Position numbers and translations under genes: made by a program. From Planctomycetota bacterium (GTDB lineage Bacteria; Planctomycetota; UBA1135; UBA2386), in the NCBI GenBank assembly GCA_965223545.1, contig OZ245006.1, positions 3,552,001 to 3,616,000 of the forward strand: a DNA stretch of 64,000 nucleotides. Reading direction: 5' to 3'. The notes below the pieces were generated by a model. That model did no database searches, was not told the DNA's origin, and worked only from the letters and a program-made list of their open reading frames with translations. Every line of letters begins with the position of its first letter. Within the stretch, counting starts at the first letter, position 1. Shown here piece after piece: positions 39,581-48,566 of the stretch.

Positions 39581-41257
39581 TCACTGGCCGATGAGGGCGT
39601 CGGCGCCTCGGGTGAACACGACGCCGAGTGGGTTGACCGCGTCCGTGACCGCTCCCTGCAGATACAAGTGCCTGCCGACCAGGGCGGTGGCTGCCGCTGG
39701 AATCGGCAGGGACAGCTGGTTGCCGCTGGACACGGGCAGCGCCAGAGACCAGCTTCCGAGCAGTGAGCAACCCGGCGCCAGTGGGCCCAGGCTGAGCGGC
39801 GCGGGCGCAGTGGCCTGCGCGGTCAAGAAGGCGAGGTGCGAAGGCCCGACCGGTAGGTGCGTGAGCTCCAAGCCGAGCGCATTGCCGAGGCGCGGCAGGG
39901 TGCCGGACAGCTGGCGAATGCCCGGCTCGCCAGCCGAACCGGCACAGCCGACGTGGAAGGTGCTGAACGCGCCGCCCAGATCGAAAAGGTCCTGCGTCGG
40001 CCAGAGGCTCGTCGCGGTCACCGCGTTGGCCATGGTGCGGCTGATGGCATTCGGGCTCTGCGGAAACCGGTTGAACATCGCCACGAACGTCACGCCATCG
40101 CTCCGGCGCCGTTGATACGTCGAGGTCCCGGGATCGAGGGCGCCGTTGTGCCAGACATCTCCTGAAGGTTCGACGACCACGCCGAGACCGTACCAGGTCG
40201 CCTGCGGATCGGTGAACACCGCCGCGTTGCGCGCGTACATCTCTTGGATCATCGCCGCCGACAGCAGCGGCGATCGAGTCGGGTCGTCGAACGCCGCGAG
40301 GAAACGCGCATACTGCGACGGGGTCAGCACCCAGCCGCCCGCCGCGGCGGCGGTGCCGAGGTTGAATCCGCCGTAGACGAGGGGCACCCGCTGCCCCGAA
40401 CCCATCACCGACATGGCAGTGCGCGCTTGCGGGTCTTCGTAGGTGACCTCCCCGGCAACTTGCTGGCCGAGCACCGTCGACGTGACCCGGCCTCTGGCCG
40501 CGCCGACGCGTCCGAACACCTCGCGCAGGATGTAGCTCTCGTAGTCGAGACCGGTGATCTGCTCGATGACCAATCCAGCGAGCAGGTAGCCGAAGTTCGA
40601 ATACGCGTAACCCGCACCGGGAGCGGTGACCAACCGCATTTCCTGCATGTAATCGGCGATCATCTGCGGATCGGTGGGCAACGGCCGACCGAGCGATTGG
40701 CTGATCAACGCGTCGGCGAACAACGGGTCGTAGACTCCGCCCGGCAGGGTCGAGCCCGATTCTGGAACCGTCGGCACCGAACGATCCCATCCACCGGTGT
40801 GCTGCAGCAGGTGGCGCACCGTGAGCTGCTGCGCCCGCGGATCCAGCCAGCCACTCATGTCGAGGATCGTGTTGAGCGGCTGGTCGAGCCCGATCAAGCC
40901 GCGGTCGACGAGCTGCAGGGTACCGACGGCAGTAACCATCTTGGACAAGCTCGCGATGCGGAACAGGCTGTCCGGGGTGGTGGTGCCGACCGCCGCCGTG
41001 GTGTAGTCGAAGCCGCGCGCGTAGAGCAGCTTGCCCTGCCGGGTCACCGCGAGCGAACCGCTGAGGATGCCGCGGTTCTGCATGAACCGCTTCATGCCGT
41101 CCTCGAACGCCTGCATCTCGGGCACGACCGGACCGCTGGCAACCCATTGCTGTCCGGCGGCCACGCCGGAGAGAAACGCAGCGAAGACCGGGACGAGGCC
41201 GCCCCAACCGCTCGTGCGGCCGCGGACGCGAGGAAGCCGACAGACCTGCATTGCCAT
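39581..41257 (-). CDS. Serine hydrolase (beta-lactamase/AmpC family) with the shared C-terminal domain
   Basis: FRIASLSK (SxxK), LLQHTGG, YSNFGY, WHNG; C-terminal FHVGC...PRLG...YLQG. Confidence 0.92.
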   Translation of the reverse strand: MAMQVCRLPRVRGRTSGWGGLVPVFAAFLSGVAAGQQWVASGPVVPEMQAFEDGMKRFMQNRGILSGSLAVTRQGKLLYARGFDYTTAAVGTTTPDSLFRIASLSKMVTAVGTLQLVDRGLIGLDQPLNTILDMSGWLDPRAQQLTVRHLLQHTGGWDRSVPTVPESGSTLPGGVYDPLFADALISQSLGRPLPTDPQMIADYMQEMRLVTAPGAGYAYSNFGYLLAGLVIEQITGLDYESYILREVFGRVGAARGRVTSTVLGQQVAGEVTYEDPQARTAMSVMGSGQRVPLVYGGFNLGTAAAAGGWVLTPSQYARFLAAFDDPTRSPLLSAAMIQEMYARNAAVFTDPQATWYGLGVVVEPSGDVWHNGALDPGTSTYQRRRSDGVTFVAMFNRFPQSPNAISRTMANAVTATSLWPTQDLFDLGGAFSTFHVGCAGSAGEPGIRQLSGTLPRLGNALGLELTHLPVGPSHLAFLTAQATAPAPLSLGPLAPGCSLLGSWSLALPVSSGNQLSLPIPAAATALVGRHLYLQGAVTDAVNPLGVVFTRGADALIGQ

Positions 41258-41305
41258 TCCTGCAGTATGTACGTTTGCGCGGCCGCGGTGTGGACGTCGA
41301 CCGGA

Positions 41306-43447
41306 CTATTGCCCTCCGACGAGCTTCCGGATCTCCTTCAACACGTCGTGCGCCGCTTCGTGCTCCGGGCTCCGCGGATCGAGCAAGCCCGCCCACATCA
41401 TGATCTGCACGCTCTCGGCCGTCGCGACCGATGGTGACCCGCTGCCAGCGAGGCGCGGGCATATCGTCACCCACAAGAGCGGGCTCTCGCGGAGCGGCCC
41501 GGCCAACGAAGTGCTCCAGCGCTCGAACGGATCGGGCGAAGCGGCCCGCAAGAAGATGGCGCGCGCGAGCGGACCACCGTCGCGTTGGTCGATCACGCGG
41601 GCGTGCTGCTCGACGTCGACCTCGAGGCCGAGACGGTCGAAGGACGCGCGCAGACGATCGATGGTGTCCGCTTCGGACGCACCGACCGCGAAGCCGGTGG
41701 TGACCTGCTGGAGCACCTTGTCGGACCGCAACGACGCGATCGGCGCCGCCAGCCACAGAACCAGCAGCGCGCAGAGTCCGTAGGCCGAAACCTCCGCACC
41801 GGTGTGCCACGCACGCCGCGTCAGCTCCCGCGACGTCGACACGCGCGCGCCTGCGGCGAGCACCACGGCCAGCAAGACGAAACCACCCAGCAGGAAGACC
41901 CAGCTCCACGGCGCCGGCAGATCCAGCGGCGCACTGGACAAGTTCTGCTCCATGACGACCCGGGGCCGGCTGTCGGACGGCACGAACGCGGTGATCTCCC
42001 CCGCCGGAGCGGCGAGTTGCAGCAGATCCCAGGGCTGTCGTGCCCACTGCTCGAACATGCCGGTCACGCCTCTTGGGGACGGTTCCCAGCCGTGCACGCC
42101 GCGCTCCCAGTGCAGCACGTGGCCCAACAGGATCGAGCCCACGGCCAACATCCCACCGACGAACAAGAAGGCGCGGCGCGAGAGCCAGCCCACGCGCGTG
42201 GACTGGCCCAGCGCCGCCACCCACTCCGGGTCCTTGCCGACCCGGCTGCCCAACGCACACACGAAGGCGACCACCACGACCACCGCGCCGACGCCCGCGG
42301 CGAACGGTCCGAGGTTCCAGGCCACGCCGAGCAGGATCCACGCCGCGGCGAGGTAGGCGGTCGTGCGCCAACCCGACCCGGGCGCGCCGACGATCTCGTC
42401 CGCCGAGGGCCCCTGCCGCCGCGCGCCTCGATGCCGCGCCGGCGGAGCGACGGCGGCGCCGGCGGAGGTCTTGCCCGCCGAGACATCGTCGACATCCGTC
42501 TTGATCTCGAGCGCCGCCTGGTAGCGGCGGGTCGGCTCGCGTTCGAGCGCCTTGAGCACGATCCGGTCGAGCTGCACGTCGACCCGCACGCGCTGCGACG
42601 GTGGCTCGAACGCGCCGCGCGGCAGCGATCCCGTCAGCATCTCGTACAGCACCACCCCGAGCGCGAAGAGATCGGCGCGGTGGTCCACTTCCAGCGGGCG
42701 CTCCATCTGCTCGGGTGCCATGTAGTGCGGCGTCCCCATGACCTGATCGCTGCGTGTCAGCCCGGCGTCGGCAGTCGGGTCGACCAGCTTCGCCAGCCCG
42801 AAGTCCGCGACCTTGACCCGCCCGCGCGCATCGACGAGCACGTTCTCCGGCTTGATGTCACGGTGCACGACGCCTTCGTCGTGGGCGTACTGCAGCGCGT
42901 CGCACAGCTCCGCCGCGATCGCCAGCGCCTGGCGCGGCTCGAGCCGATCGCCCTGCATCAGCTGCCGCAGGTTCACACCGTCGACAAGCTCCATGATCAA
43001 GAAGTGCAGGCCGTCGGCGCAGCCGAAGTCGTGCACCGCGACGATGCCGGGGTGTCCCAACCGCGCCAGGGTGCGCGCCTCGCGCTGGAAGCGCTCGGCG
43101 AAGGCCGGGTCGTCGCCGAGCGACCGCGACAGGACCTTCAACGCCACGATCCGATCCAGCTGCGGTTGGCGGGCCTTGAACACCGAGCCCATCCCGCCCT
43201 GGCCGAGCAGCACCTCGATCTCCAGCGACGGAAACGCCGCCCGCACCTCCTCGAGCGATGGCGGCGGCCCGGGCCGGACGCCGCCCGAACCGGTGGCACC
43301 GGACGCGGAATCCGGCGTCGCGGCGGGCTGCTGGGCCAGCTCCAGCAGACAACGGGGGCAGTTGTCCTGCGCGGAGCGGACGGGCGCTCCGCACCGCGGG
43401 CAGTTCGGAGTCGCGGAGGGACTGGATCGCGCGTCGTTCGTGCTCAT
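41306..43447 (-). CDS. Membrane Ser/Thr protein kinase with N-terminal zinc ribbon
   Basis: CPRC..CPRC, LGQGGMG, VALK, HRDIKPEN, DFGLAK, GTPHYMAPEQ; C-terminal TM helices. Confidence 0.96.
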   Translation of the reverse strand: MSTNDARSSPSATPNCPRCGAPVRSAQDNCPRCLLELAQQPAATPDSASGATGSGGVRPGPPPSLEEVRAAFPSLEIEVLLGQGGMGSVFKARQPQLDRIVALKVLSRSLGDDPAFAERFQREARTLARLGHPGIVAVHDFGCADGLHFLIMELVDGVNLRQLMQGDRLEPRQALAIAAELCDALQYAHDEGVVHRDIKPENVLVDARGRVKVADFGLAKLVDPTADAGLTRSDQVMGTPHYMAPEQMERPLEVDHRADLFALGVVLYEMLTGSLPRGAFEPPSQRVRVDVQLDRIVLKALEREPTRRYQAALEIKTDVDDVSAGKTSAGAAVAPPARHRGARRQGPSADEIVGAPGSGWRTTAYLAAAWILLGVAWNLGPFAAGVGAVVVVVAFVCALGSRVGKDPEWVAALGQSTRVGWLSRRAFLFVGGMLAVGSILLGHVLHWERGVHGWEPSPRGVTGMFEQWARQPWDLLQLAAPAGEITAFVPSDSRPRVVMEQNLSSAPLDLPAPWSWVFLLGGFVLLAVVLAAGARVSTSRELTRRAWHTGAEVSAYGLCALLVLWLAAPIASLRSDKVLQQVTTGFAVGASEADTIDRLRASFDRLGLEVDVEQHARVIDQRDGGPLARAIFLRAASPDPFERWSTSLAGPLRESPLLWVTICPRLAGSGSPSVATAESVQIMMWAGLLDPRSPEHEAAHDVLKEIRKLVGGQ

Positions 43448-43555
43448 GGCGGCCTCACCACCCCCTGCATGAAGGGCGGTCCCAACGTTACCGACCCCGC
43501 CGTGTTTTCTCGGCCAATCGACCGCACCGCGCCAGCCCGCCGGCGCGGCCTGGTG

Positions 43556-44287
43556 TCACAGAGCCGCGATCAGACTCGCCAACTCCTCGTCGACGTCATC
43601 CCTGCCACCGACGGTCTCGGCGATCTCTTCGCGCACCAGCTCGCCGTAGCGCTTGCGCAGGCGGTGCGCGGCGACCCTGACCGCGTTGGCGGTCATGCCG
43701 AGCTCGACCGCGATCGCAGCGAAGCGCGGCGCGTCGTCGGTGGCGGTGAGCGATGGGCGCAGCTGCTCGAAGAGCGCCGCTCTACCGATGCGGTCCTGCT
43801 CGGCGCGCAGCCGGTCCAAGGCAGTGGCGAGGAGCTGACGGGCCCAAGCCCGCTCGAACGCCCGCGCCGGAGTCTCGTCGTCGACCGGTTCGCGGCCGAA
43901 CCGCGCCTCGGCGTCCAACGCGTCGAGTGACAGCGCGGCGCGGCCCCCGCCGCGCTTCTGCGCCCGTGCCCGCGCGCGCTGGTTGGCGAGGAAGTGCTGG
44001 AACGAAGTCAGGAGGTAGGCGCGGAACTTGCCGCGCCCCGGATCCGCGCGCGCCACGTCACCGCGCTCCAACCAAAGCGCGAAGAAGCCCTGCGTCAAAT
44101 CCGCGGCCTCTTCCGCGCGCTCACCGCGCCGGCGAGCGTAGGCATACAGCGGATACCAATACGCACGCGCCAAGTCCTCCAACGCCGCGCGCCGTTCCGG
44201 CTCGGGAGCACGCGCGCCGGCGAGGACGATGCTCCAACGCGTCGTCAAGAAGGAGGCGGGGCGGTGGGCGTGATCGTCGGAGGACAC
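43556..44287 (-). CDS. ECF sigma factor (kinase-associated type)
   Basis: FLTTRWSIV, YWYPLYAY, DLTQGFF, GKFRAYL, VRVAAHRLRKRY. Confidence 0.93.
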   Translation of the reverse strand: MSSDDHAHRPASFLTTRWSIVLAGARAPEPERRAALEDLARAYWYPLYAYARRRGERAEEAADLTQGFFALWLERGDVARADPGRGKFRAYLLTSFQHFLANQRARARAQKRGGGRAALSLDALDAEARFGREPVDDETPARAFERAWARQLLATALDRLRAEQDRIGRAALFEQLRPSLTATDDAPRFAAIAVELGMTANAVRVAAHRLRKRYGELVREEIAETVGGRDDVDEELASLIAAL

Positions 44288-44333
44288 GACAACAGAGTAG
44301 CGCAGCCCGCCGCTCGAGCGATCGAGCTGGGTC

Positions 44334-44360
44334 TGTAACGGCCGACGTAGAGATGAGTGG
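44334..44360 (+). promoter_or_regulatory. Putative ECF promoter motif, copy A
   Basis: TGTAACGG-ccga-CGTAGAGATGAGTGG; near-identical to 46718-46745. Confidence 0.55.
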
Positions 44361-44534
44361 CAGTGACCTCTCGAGCGCCGCGCGACGCACCGCCGCCGGC
44401 GCTTTTTCCTCCGCTCACGGGATTAACAAGTGTGGACCCGCCGCACCAAGGAGGTGACCCATCGCCGAACGACACCAACGACAACAACACGACAACACCC
44501 GCACCGACCCCCTCAGAGAGGCTCGAACCAGCAA

Positions 44535-44864
44535 ATGATGTTGGACCAAGACTCGTTCGATCGCATCTGCAACAAGTTGGAGGCGATCTACCCCAGTATC
44601 GTCCGAGACAAACGGCTGAAGCGGATCAGCGACACGCTGAAACGCGGCGGCCTCGACACCCAAGCCGACCTGGCGCACGAAGCCATCGTGGTTCTTCTGC
44701 ACAAGGCCAAGAAGGGCCAGGTCGAGGGTCTCATCAGCGAGAAGGCGATTCTCGCGTTCGTCCGGCGCACTGCCTACTTCCTCGCCAAGCGCGAGCTGGA
44801 CAAGCGCCAGCGTCGTGCGGCTCTCATCCACAAGATCGTGGAGGAGAGCGTCGCGAGCTCGTAA
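44535..44864 (+). CDS. Stand-alone sigma70 region-2-like protein
   Basis: 109 aa; ADLAHEAIVVLL...LAFVRRTAYFLAKRELDKRQRR follows the ECF region 2 pattern; no region 4. Confidence 0.6.
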   Translation: MMLDQDSFDRICNKLEAIYPSIVRDKRLKRISDTLKRGGLDTQADLAHEAIVVLLHKAKKGQVEGLISEKAILAFVRRTAYFLAKRELDKRQRRAALIHKIVEESVASS

Positions 44865-44884
44865 CGCCGAGCGCCGCTTTCCCA

Positions 44885-44909
44885 ACAACCCGGGCTCTGC
44901 CCGGGTTGT
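44885..44909. other. Perfect 11-bp stem-loop between two small ORFs
   Basis: ACAACCCGGGC-TCT-GCCCGGGTTGT. Confidence 0.7.
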
Positions 44910-44944
44910 GCCCGTTTCACGCCCCCGCCCGCACAGAGAGGAAC

Positions 44945-45361
44945 ATGCCAAACGACCACCGTCTCGAGCGATGGCTCCAGAAGAGCATCGTGCACACCCG
45001 ATTCGATCGAATCGCCGCCGACAACGAGCTGTTGAGAGCTCGGCGCGCAACCGTCGTGGAGCTCATCGACGACCCTCGCACCGTCGACCTGGACTCAATC
45101 CGCGACGTCCACGACCTCGAGCTGCGGCAGCTCGAAGTGCTCGCCGCCAGCATCTGCCCCGACACCCCCGACACCACGACCGAACCAATCCGGAGCATCC
45201 CGATGAAGCAACCCGACCAGAAGAAGAAGGCAACGGACAACCGCCGAAGCAAGCAGCCCGCGAAGCACACCGTCGGCACGAAGAAGAAGGCCGCCGCCAA
45301 GAAGGCCAAGCTCCGCGCCGCGGACAAGAAGCCGGTCGCGGCCGCCGAGCAAGACGGGTAG
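44945..45361 (+). CDS. Hypothetical protein with Lys/Ala-rich C-terminal tail
   Basis: RBS GAGAGGA; tail KKKAAAKKAKLRAADKK. Confidence 0.6.
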   Translation: MPNDHRLERWLQKSIVHTRFDRIAADNELLRARRATVVELIDDPRTVDLDSIRDVHDLELRQLEVLAASICPDTPDTTTEPIRSIPMKQPDQKKKATDNRRSKQPAKHTVGTKKKAAAKKAKLRAADKKPVAAAEQDG

Positions 45362-45602
45362 CGAACGCGGCGCGGGGCGCACCCGCGACGCGCGCGAGCC
45401 GTCACGGCCCGACACTTTGCGACCCGGCGTCGACGCGCAGACGGACCAACGTATATGGCGAAGCCCGCACCACACCGGGCCGGTGCCGCGAAGAATTATC
45501 GCGGCACTACTGGGCGCCGACTGCCGTTGACCCCAGGGCGAGCGGTCCACAAACTCCGACCGCCAGCCGTGGTTCGCAACGCAGATCGGGTGTCCCAGCT
45601 CC

Positions 45603-46634
45603 ATGTCAGATGTCGTCGTCGCCCAGCTCTCGGACCTGCACTTCGGGTCCAGCTCAACGGACAAGGACGACGCGCACAATGCGCGCGTCCTGCTCAGCCC
45701 GTTGTCCGAGTCGTTCCGCCGTGTACTGACGGCGCACCTCGAGCTTCCGTTGACGACGCGTGTACAAATCGTCGCGACCGGCGACATCACCAACATCGGC
45801 GACGAGGCCAGCCTCGACTTGGCGATCGCGTTCTTGTCGGGTCGGTTCCGCAACCGAACAACCGGAACGCTGGTCGGACTCGGCGTCGACAACCCCGAGC
45901 GGCTGACCCTCGCCCCCGGCAATCACGACCACTGGGGTGGCAAAGGGCGGAAGTTTCCGTTCCTGCCAACCCATGACCATCGCGTCCACAACAGGCTTCC
46001 GCTCGACCCGCACAAGGTGCGCAGCGCGGATCGACAGCTGTGCCTGCAAGTGTTCTCGGTGGACACGTCCTCGGGTCACGCGGCTTCGTTCTCGAAGACG
46101 AACGCCAAACAACCGGGACACATCAGCCCCGAGCAGTTCGAGGTCTTGAGCGATCAGCTGCAAACCGCGGAGCCCGACGACGCGAGGACCGTGCGCTGCC
46201 TGCTGATCCACCACGACCTGGCCCCCGATCTCGGTTGGAAGCGCGCCAAGGCCTCGGCCATGAACCCGGAGATGCCGCGTCCGTGGCCGCTGCGGCGCCA
46301 GGATCGACTGCGGCTGTTCCACCTCGCACACGAGTACGAGATCGCGGCGATCCTGACCGGGCATCAGCACATCGCCATGGGTCGGATGCGGCCCACGGCC
46401 GAAGAACGAGCACCGGCCGGTACACCCTTGGTGCGTGAGCTCCGCGCGCCGTCGGCCCTGCAGGGACACGCTCAGGACGGACTACAGGGATTCCTGGTGC
46501 ATCACCTGCACGAGCGGGGGACTCCGGGGAAGATCCGCTGGGACGTCTACGTGTTTGGCTGGATGCGGCACGGCTTCTTCATGCGGAGCCGCCCGTGGCG
46601 CTGGTTCGAGCTCGATCCACTGGCCTCGACATGA
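45603..46634 (+). CDS. Calcineurin-like metallophosphoesterase
   Basis: SDLH, TGD, PGNHD, IHH, TGHQH. Confidence 0.9.
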   Translation: MSDVVVAQLSDLHFGSSSTDKDDAHNARVLLSPLSESFRRVLTAHLELPLTTRVQIVATGDITNIGDEASLDLAIAFLSGRFRNRTTGTLVGLGVDNPERLTLAPGNHDHWGGKGRKFPFLPTHDHRVHNRLPLDPHKVRSADRQLCLQVFSVDTSSGHAASFSKTNAKQPGHISPEQFEVLSDQLQTAEPDDARTVRCLLIHHDLAPDLGWKRAKASAMNPEMPRPWPLRRQDRLRLFHLAHEYEIAAILTGHQHIAMGRMRPTAEERAPAGTPLVRELRAPSALQGHAQDGLQGFLVHHLHERGTPGKIRWDVYVFGWMRHGFFMRSRPWRWFELDPLAST

Positions 46635-46717
46635 GTCACAAATTGCTTTTGAAAAAAGGCTTATGTCGTCCGACTCCATCCCGGAGGCAGGCCGCTCGGG
46701 CATCTTCGCACAGGCGG

Positions 46718-46745
46718 TGTAACGGGTTGCGTATAGAGGGCGTGG
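46718..46745 (+). promoter_or_regulatory. Putative ECF promoter motif, copy B (autoregulatory position)
   Basis: TGTAACGG-gttg-CGTATAGAGGGCGTGG, 29 bp upstream of the ECF ATG; AAC...CGT arrangement. Confidence 0.55.
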
Positions 46746-46773
46746 TCGCCACCACTCTCCGAGCCACTGCTCC

Positions 46774-47352
46774 ATGACGCGACCCGCGAACACAGCCCAG
46801 GGACCGCCCGAAGCACTCGCAGCACGTCTGCAGAAAGGAGATCCAGATGCACTCACCGAGGCCTTCCGTCAGCTCGAACCACAGCTCCGCCGTTGGCTCG
46901 CCTGGCGCTTCGCGTCGAGACTCGACGCCAGCGACCGCGACGATGTCATCGGCCAGACGGTGTTGCGCGCCTGGCGCCTGCACGACCGCTGCAACCCACA
47001 CGGCAATTGGCAGGCTTGGCTACGCGCGATCGCTCGAAGTGTTGCCTTCGACCTACTCCGCGCCCGTGCCCGCGCTCCGACCCAATCGCTGTCTCACGAC
47101 GTGGTCTCCCGGCCACCCGCGGATCTCGGCGGCGACCGCGACGCCTTGCGCGAACGGCTGCGGCGCTGCATCAAGGAGCTACCGGAGATCGATCGCACGA
47201 TCATCGAAGCCTACGTCAGCAGCCCGAACCCGGACCGCTGGGCGAGCACGCTCTCGGCCGAGCTGGGAGTCGCCCCGGGTACTCTGCGCGTTCGCAAGGC
47301 GCGCATCGTGAGCCGACTCCGTCGGATGTTGGAAACGGAGCGGGAAGAATGA
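46774..47352 (+). CDS. ECF sigma factor
   Basis: DDVIGQTVLRAW, AWLRAIARSVAFDLLR, LPEIDR, LGVAPGTLRVRKARIVSRLR. Confidence 0.9.
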   Translation: MTRPANTAQGPPEALAARLQKGDPDALTEAFRQLEPQLRRWLAWRFASRLDASDRDDVIGQTVLRAWRLHDRCNPHGNWQAWLRAIARSVAFDLLRARARAPTQSLSHDVVSRPPADLGGDRDALRERLRRCIKELPEIDRTIIEAYVSSPNPDRWASTLSAELGVAPGTLRVRKARIVSRLRRMLETEREE

Positions 47353-48566
47353 CGACGCTGGAACGACTGGAAGCAGAGATCAACCGGCAGCTGGGGCGTT
47401 TGCGCAACGAGCCCGTCTCCCGGCCGACCGAACACTACGAAGCGGTCATCGACGATGCCCTGCACGACTTGCGCGGCGAGCTGCACGCCGCCGATGAGAC
47501 CGACCCGGATCGGGAGCCGCTCTCGGCCCTGTACCACTGGACCCAGCACCTCCGCGAGATCGGAGAGCGCGGTCGCGCCTCGCTGGCGTTGGTGTGCGAA
47601 ACCTGGAGAGCCTCCGACGAGTTGCTGCGGGACATACCGACGACGGATTTCGTCGAGCGCGTCGATCTGACCCTCGGCGGGTTGTCGACCGCGATCGAGA
47701 GCTTGTTGCCGGACTCGATGTTGACCGAGAAGAGCCCGCGCTTCGTCGTCGACCGCGACAGCCAGGTCGGCTGGTGGCGCGGCACCGACCGGCAGCACGA
47801 GCTGATGCCGCTCGCCGTCAACGCCGCGATTTCCGCCGGCCGCTTTCCGCCGGATGAGGCCGAGGCGGTGGCGCGCAACATCATCCGCGCCCTCACCGCC
47901 CGGCCGGACGAAGCCGAGCTTTTGTGTCGGTTCCACGTCCACCCGACGGACACCGGTGCCGAGCTTCAGTGGGTGCGCCCCAACCTGCTCGAGGAAGGCG
48001 ACAAGCCCCTGCTGCTGCCAGTGGAAGGCGAGAGGGATCCGTTTTCGAGCGATGAAGAGCTGGTCGCGAGGAACCACGTGGTCCTGTACGACCTGCTCGA
48101 CGAGCTCTCCTGCGAAGCCAACACCGTCGGTCCCGAGAACGCGCCGCTGGCGATCGAGTGCATGGCAGCCGTGCGCGATGTGGCCTTGCAAGAGGCCGCT
48201 CCCCTCGAGATCCAGAACTTCACCCGCGAGCTCTGCCAGCTGACCGAGGACCGCTTCAGCATTCCGGTGCCGCCGGAGCCCGTTGTCGCGGTCGCCGAAC
48301 ACCGTCCGCGCGAGATCCACGCCGATCGCAAGATCACCGTGGAGGGAGGCACGTACGAGGTCCGCTACCGCTCCTTTGCCAAGCGCGAGGTCACGGTGAC
48401 GGTCATGGGGCTCTCCGACGTCGAGCTTTCGACCTGTGACGGCCCCGCGCGCGCGGCATCGGCAGCGGGCGTGTTCATCGTCGACGAAACCGCGCTGCAC
48501 TCCCCGTTGCAGCTGCGCATCCAGGAGACCGTGCACGAGATCCCCCCCCTCCTCCCCGATGGCTAA
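47349..48566 (+). CDS. Soluble acidic hypothetical protein, putative anti-sigma/protease substrate
   Basis: ATGA overlap with the sigma gene; helical N-terminus, beta-rich C-terminus, no TM segment. Confidence 0.7.
   Translation: MTTLERLEAEINRQLGRLRNEPVSRPTEHYEAVIDDALHDLRGELHAADETDPDREPLSALYHWTQHLREIGERGRASLALVCETWRASDELLRDIPTTDFVERVDLTLGGLSTAIESLLPDSMLTEKSPRFVVDRDSQVGWWRGTDRQHELMPLAVNAAISAGRFPPDEAEAVARNIIRALTARPDEAELLCRFHVHPTDTGAELQWVRPNLLEEGDKPLLLPVEGERDPFSSDEELVARNHVVLYDLLDELSCEANTVGPENAPLAIECMAAVRDVALQEAAPLEIQNFTRELCQLTEDRFSIPVPPEPVVAVAEHRPREIHADRKITVEGGTYEVRYRSFAKREVTVTVMGLSDVELSTCDGPARAASAAGVFIVDETALHSPLQLRIQETVHEIPPLLPDG

Noticed and set aside
39581..41257. Antibiotic-resistance beta-lactamase
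   Set aside because: SxxK/YxN motifs are shared by the broad esterase/peptidase family; nothing here indicates resistance.
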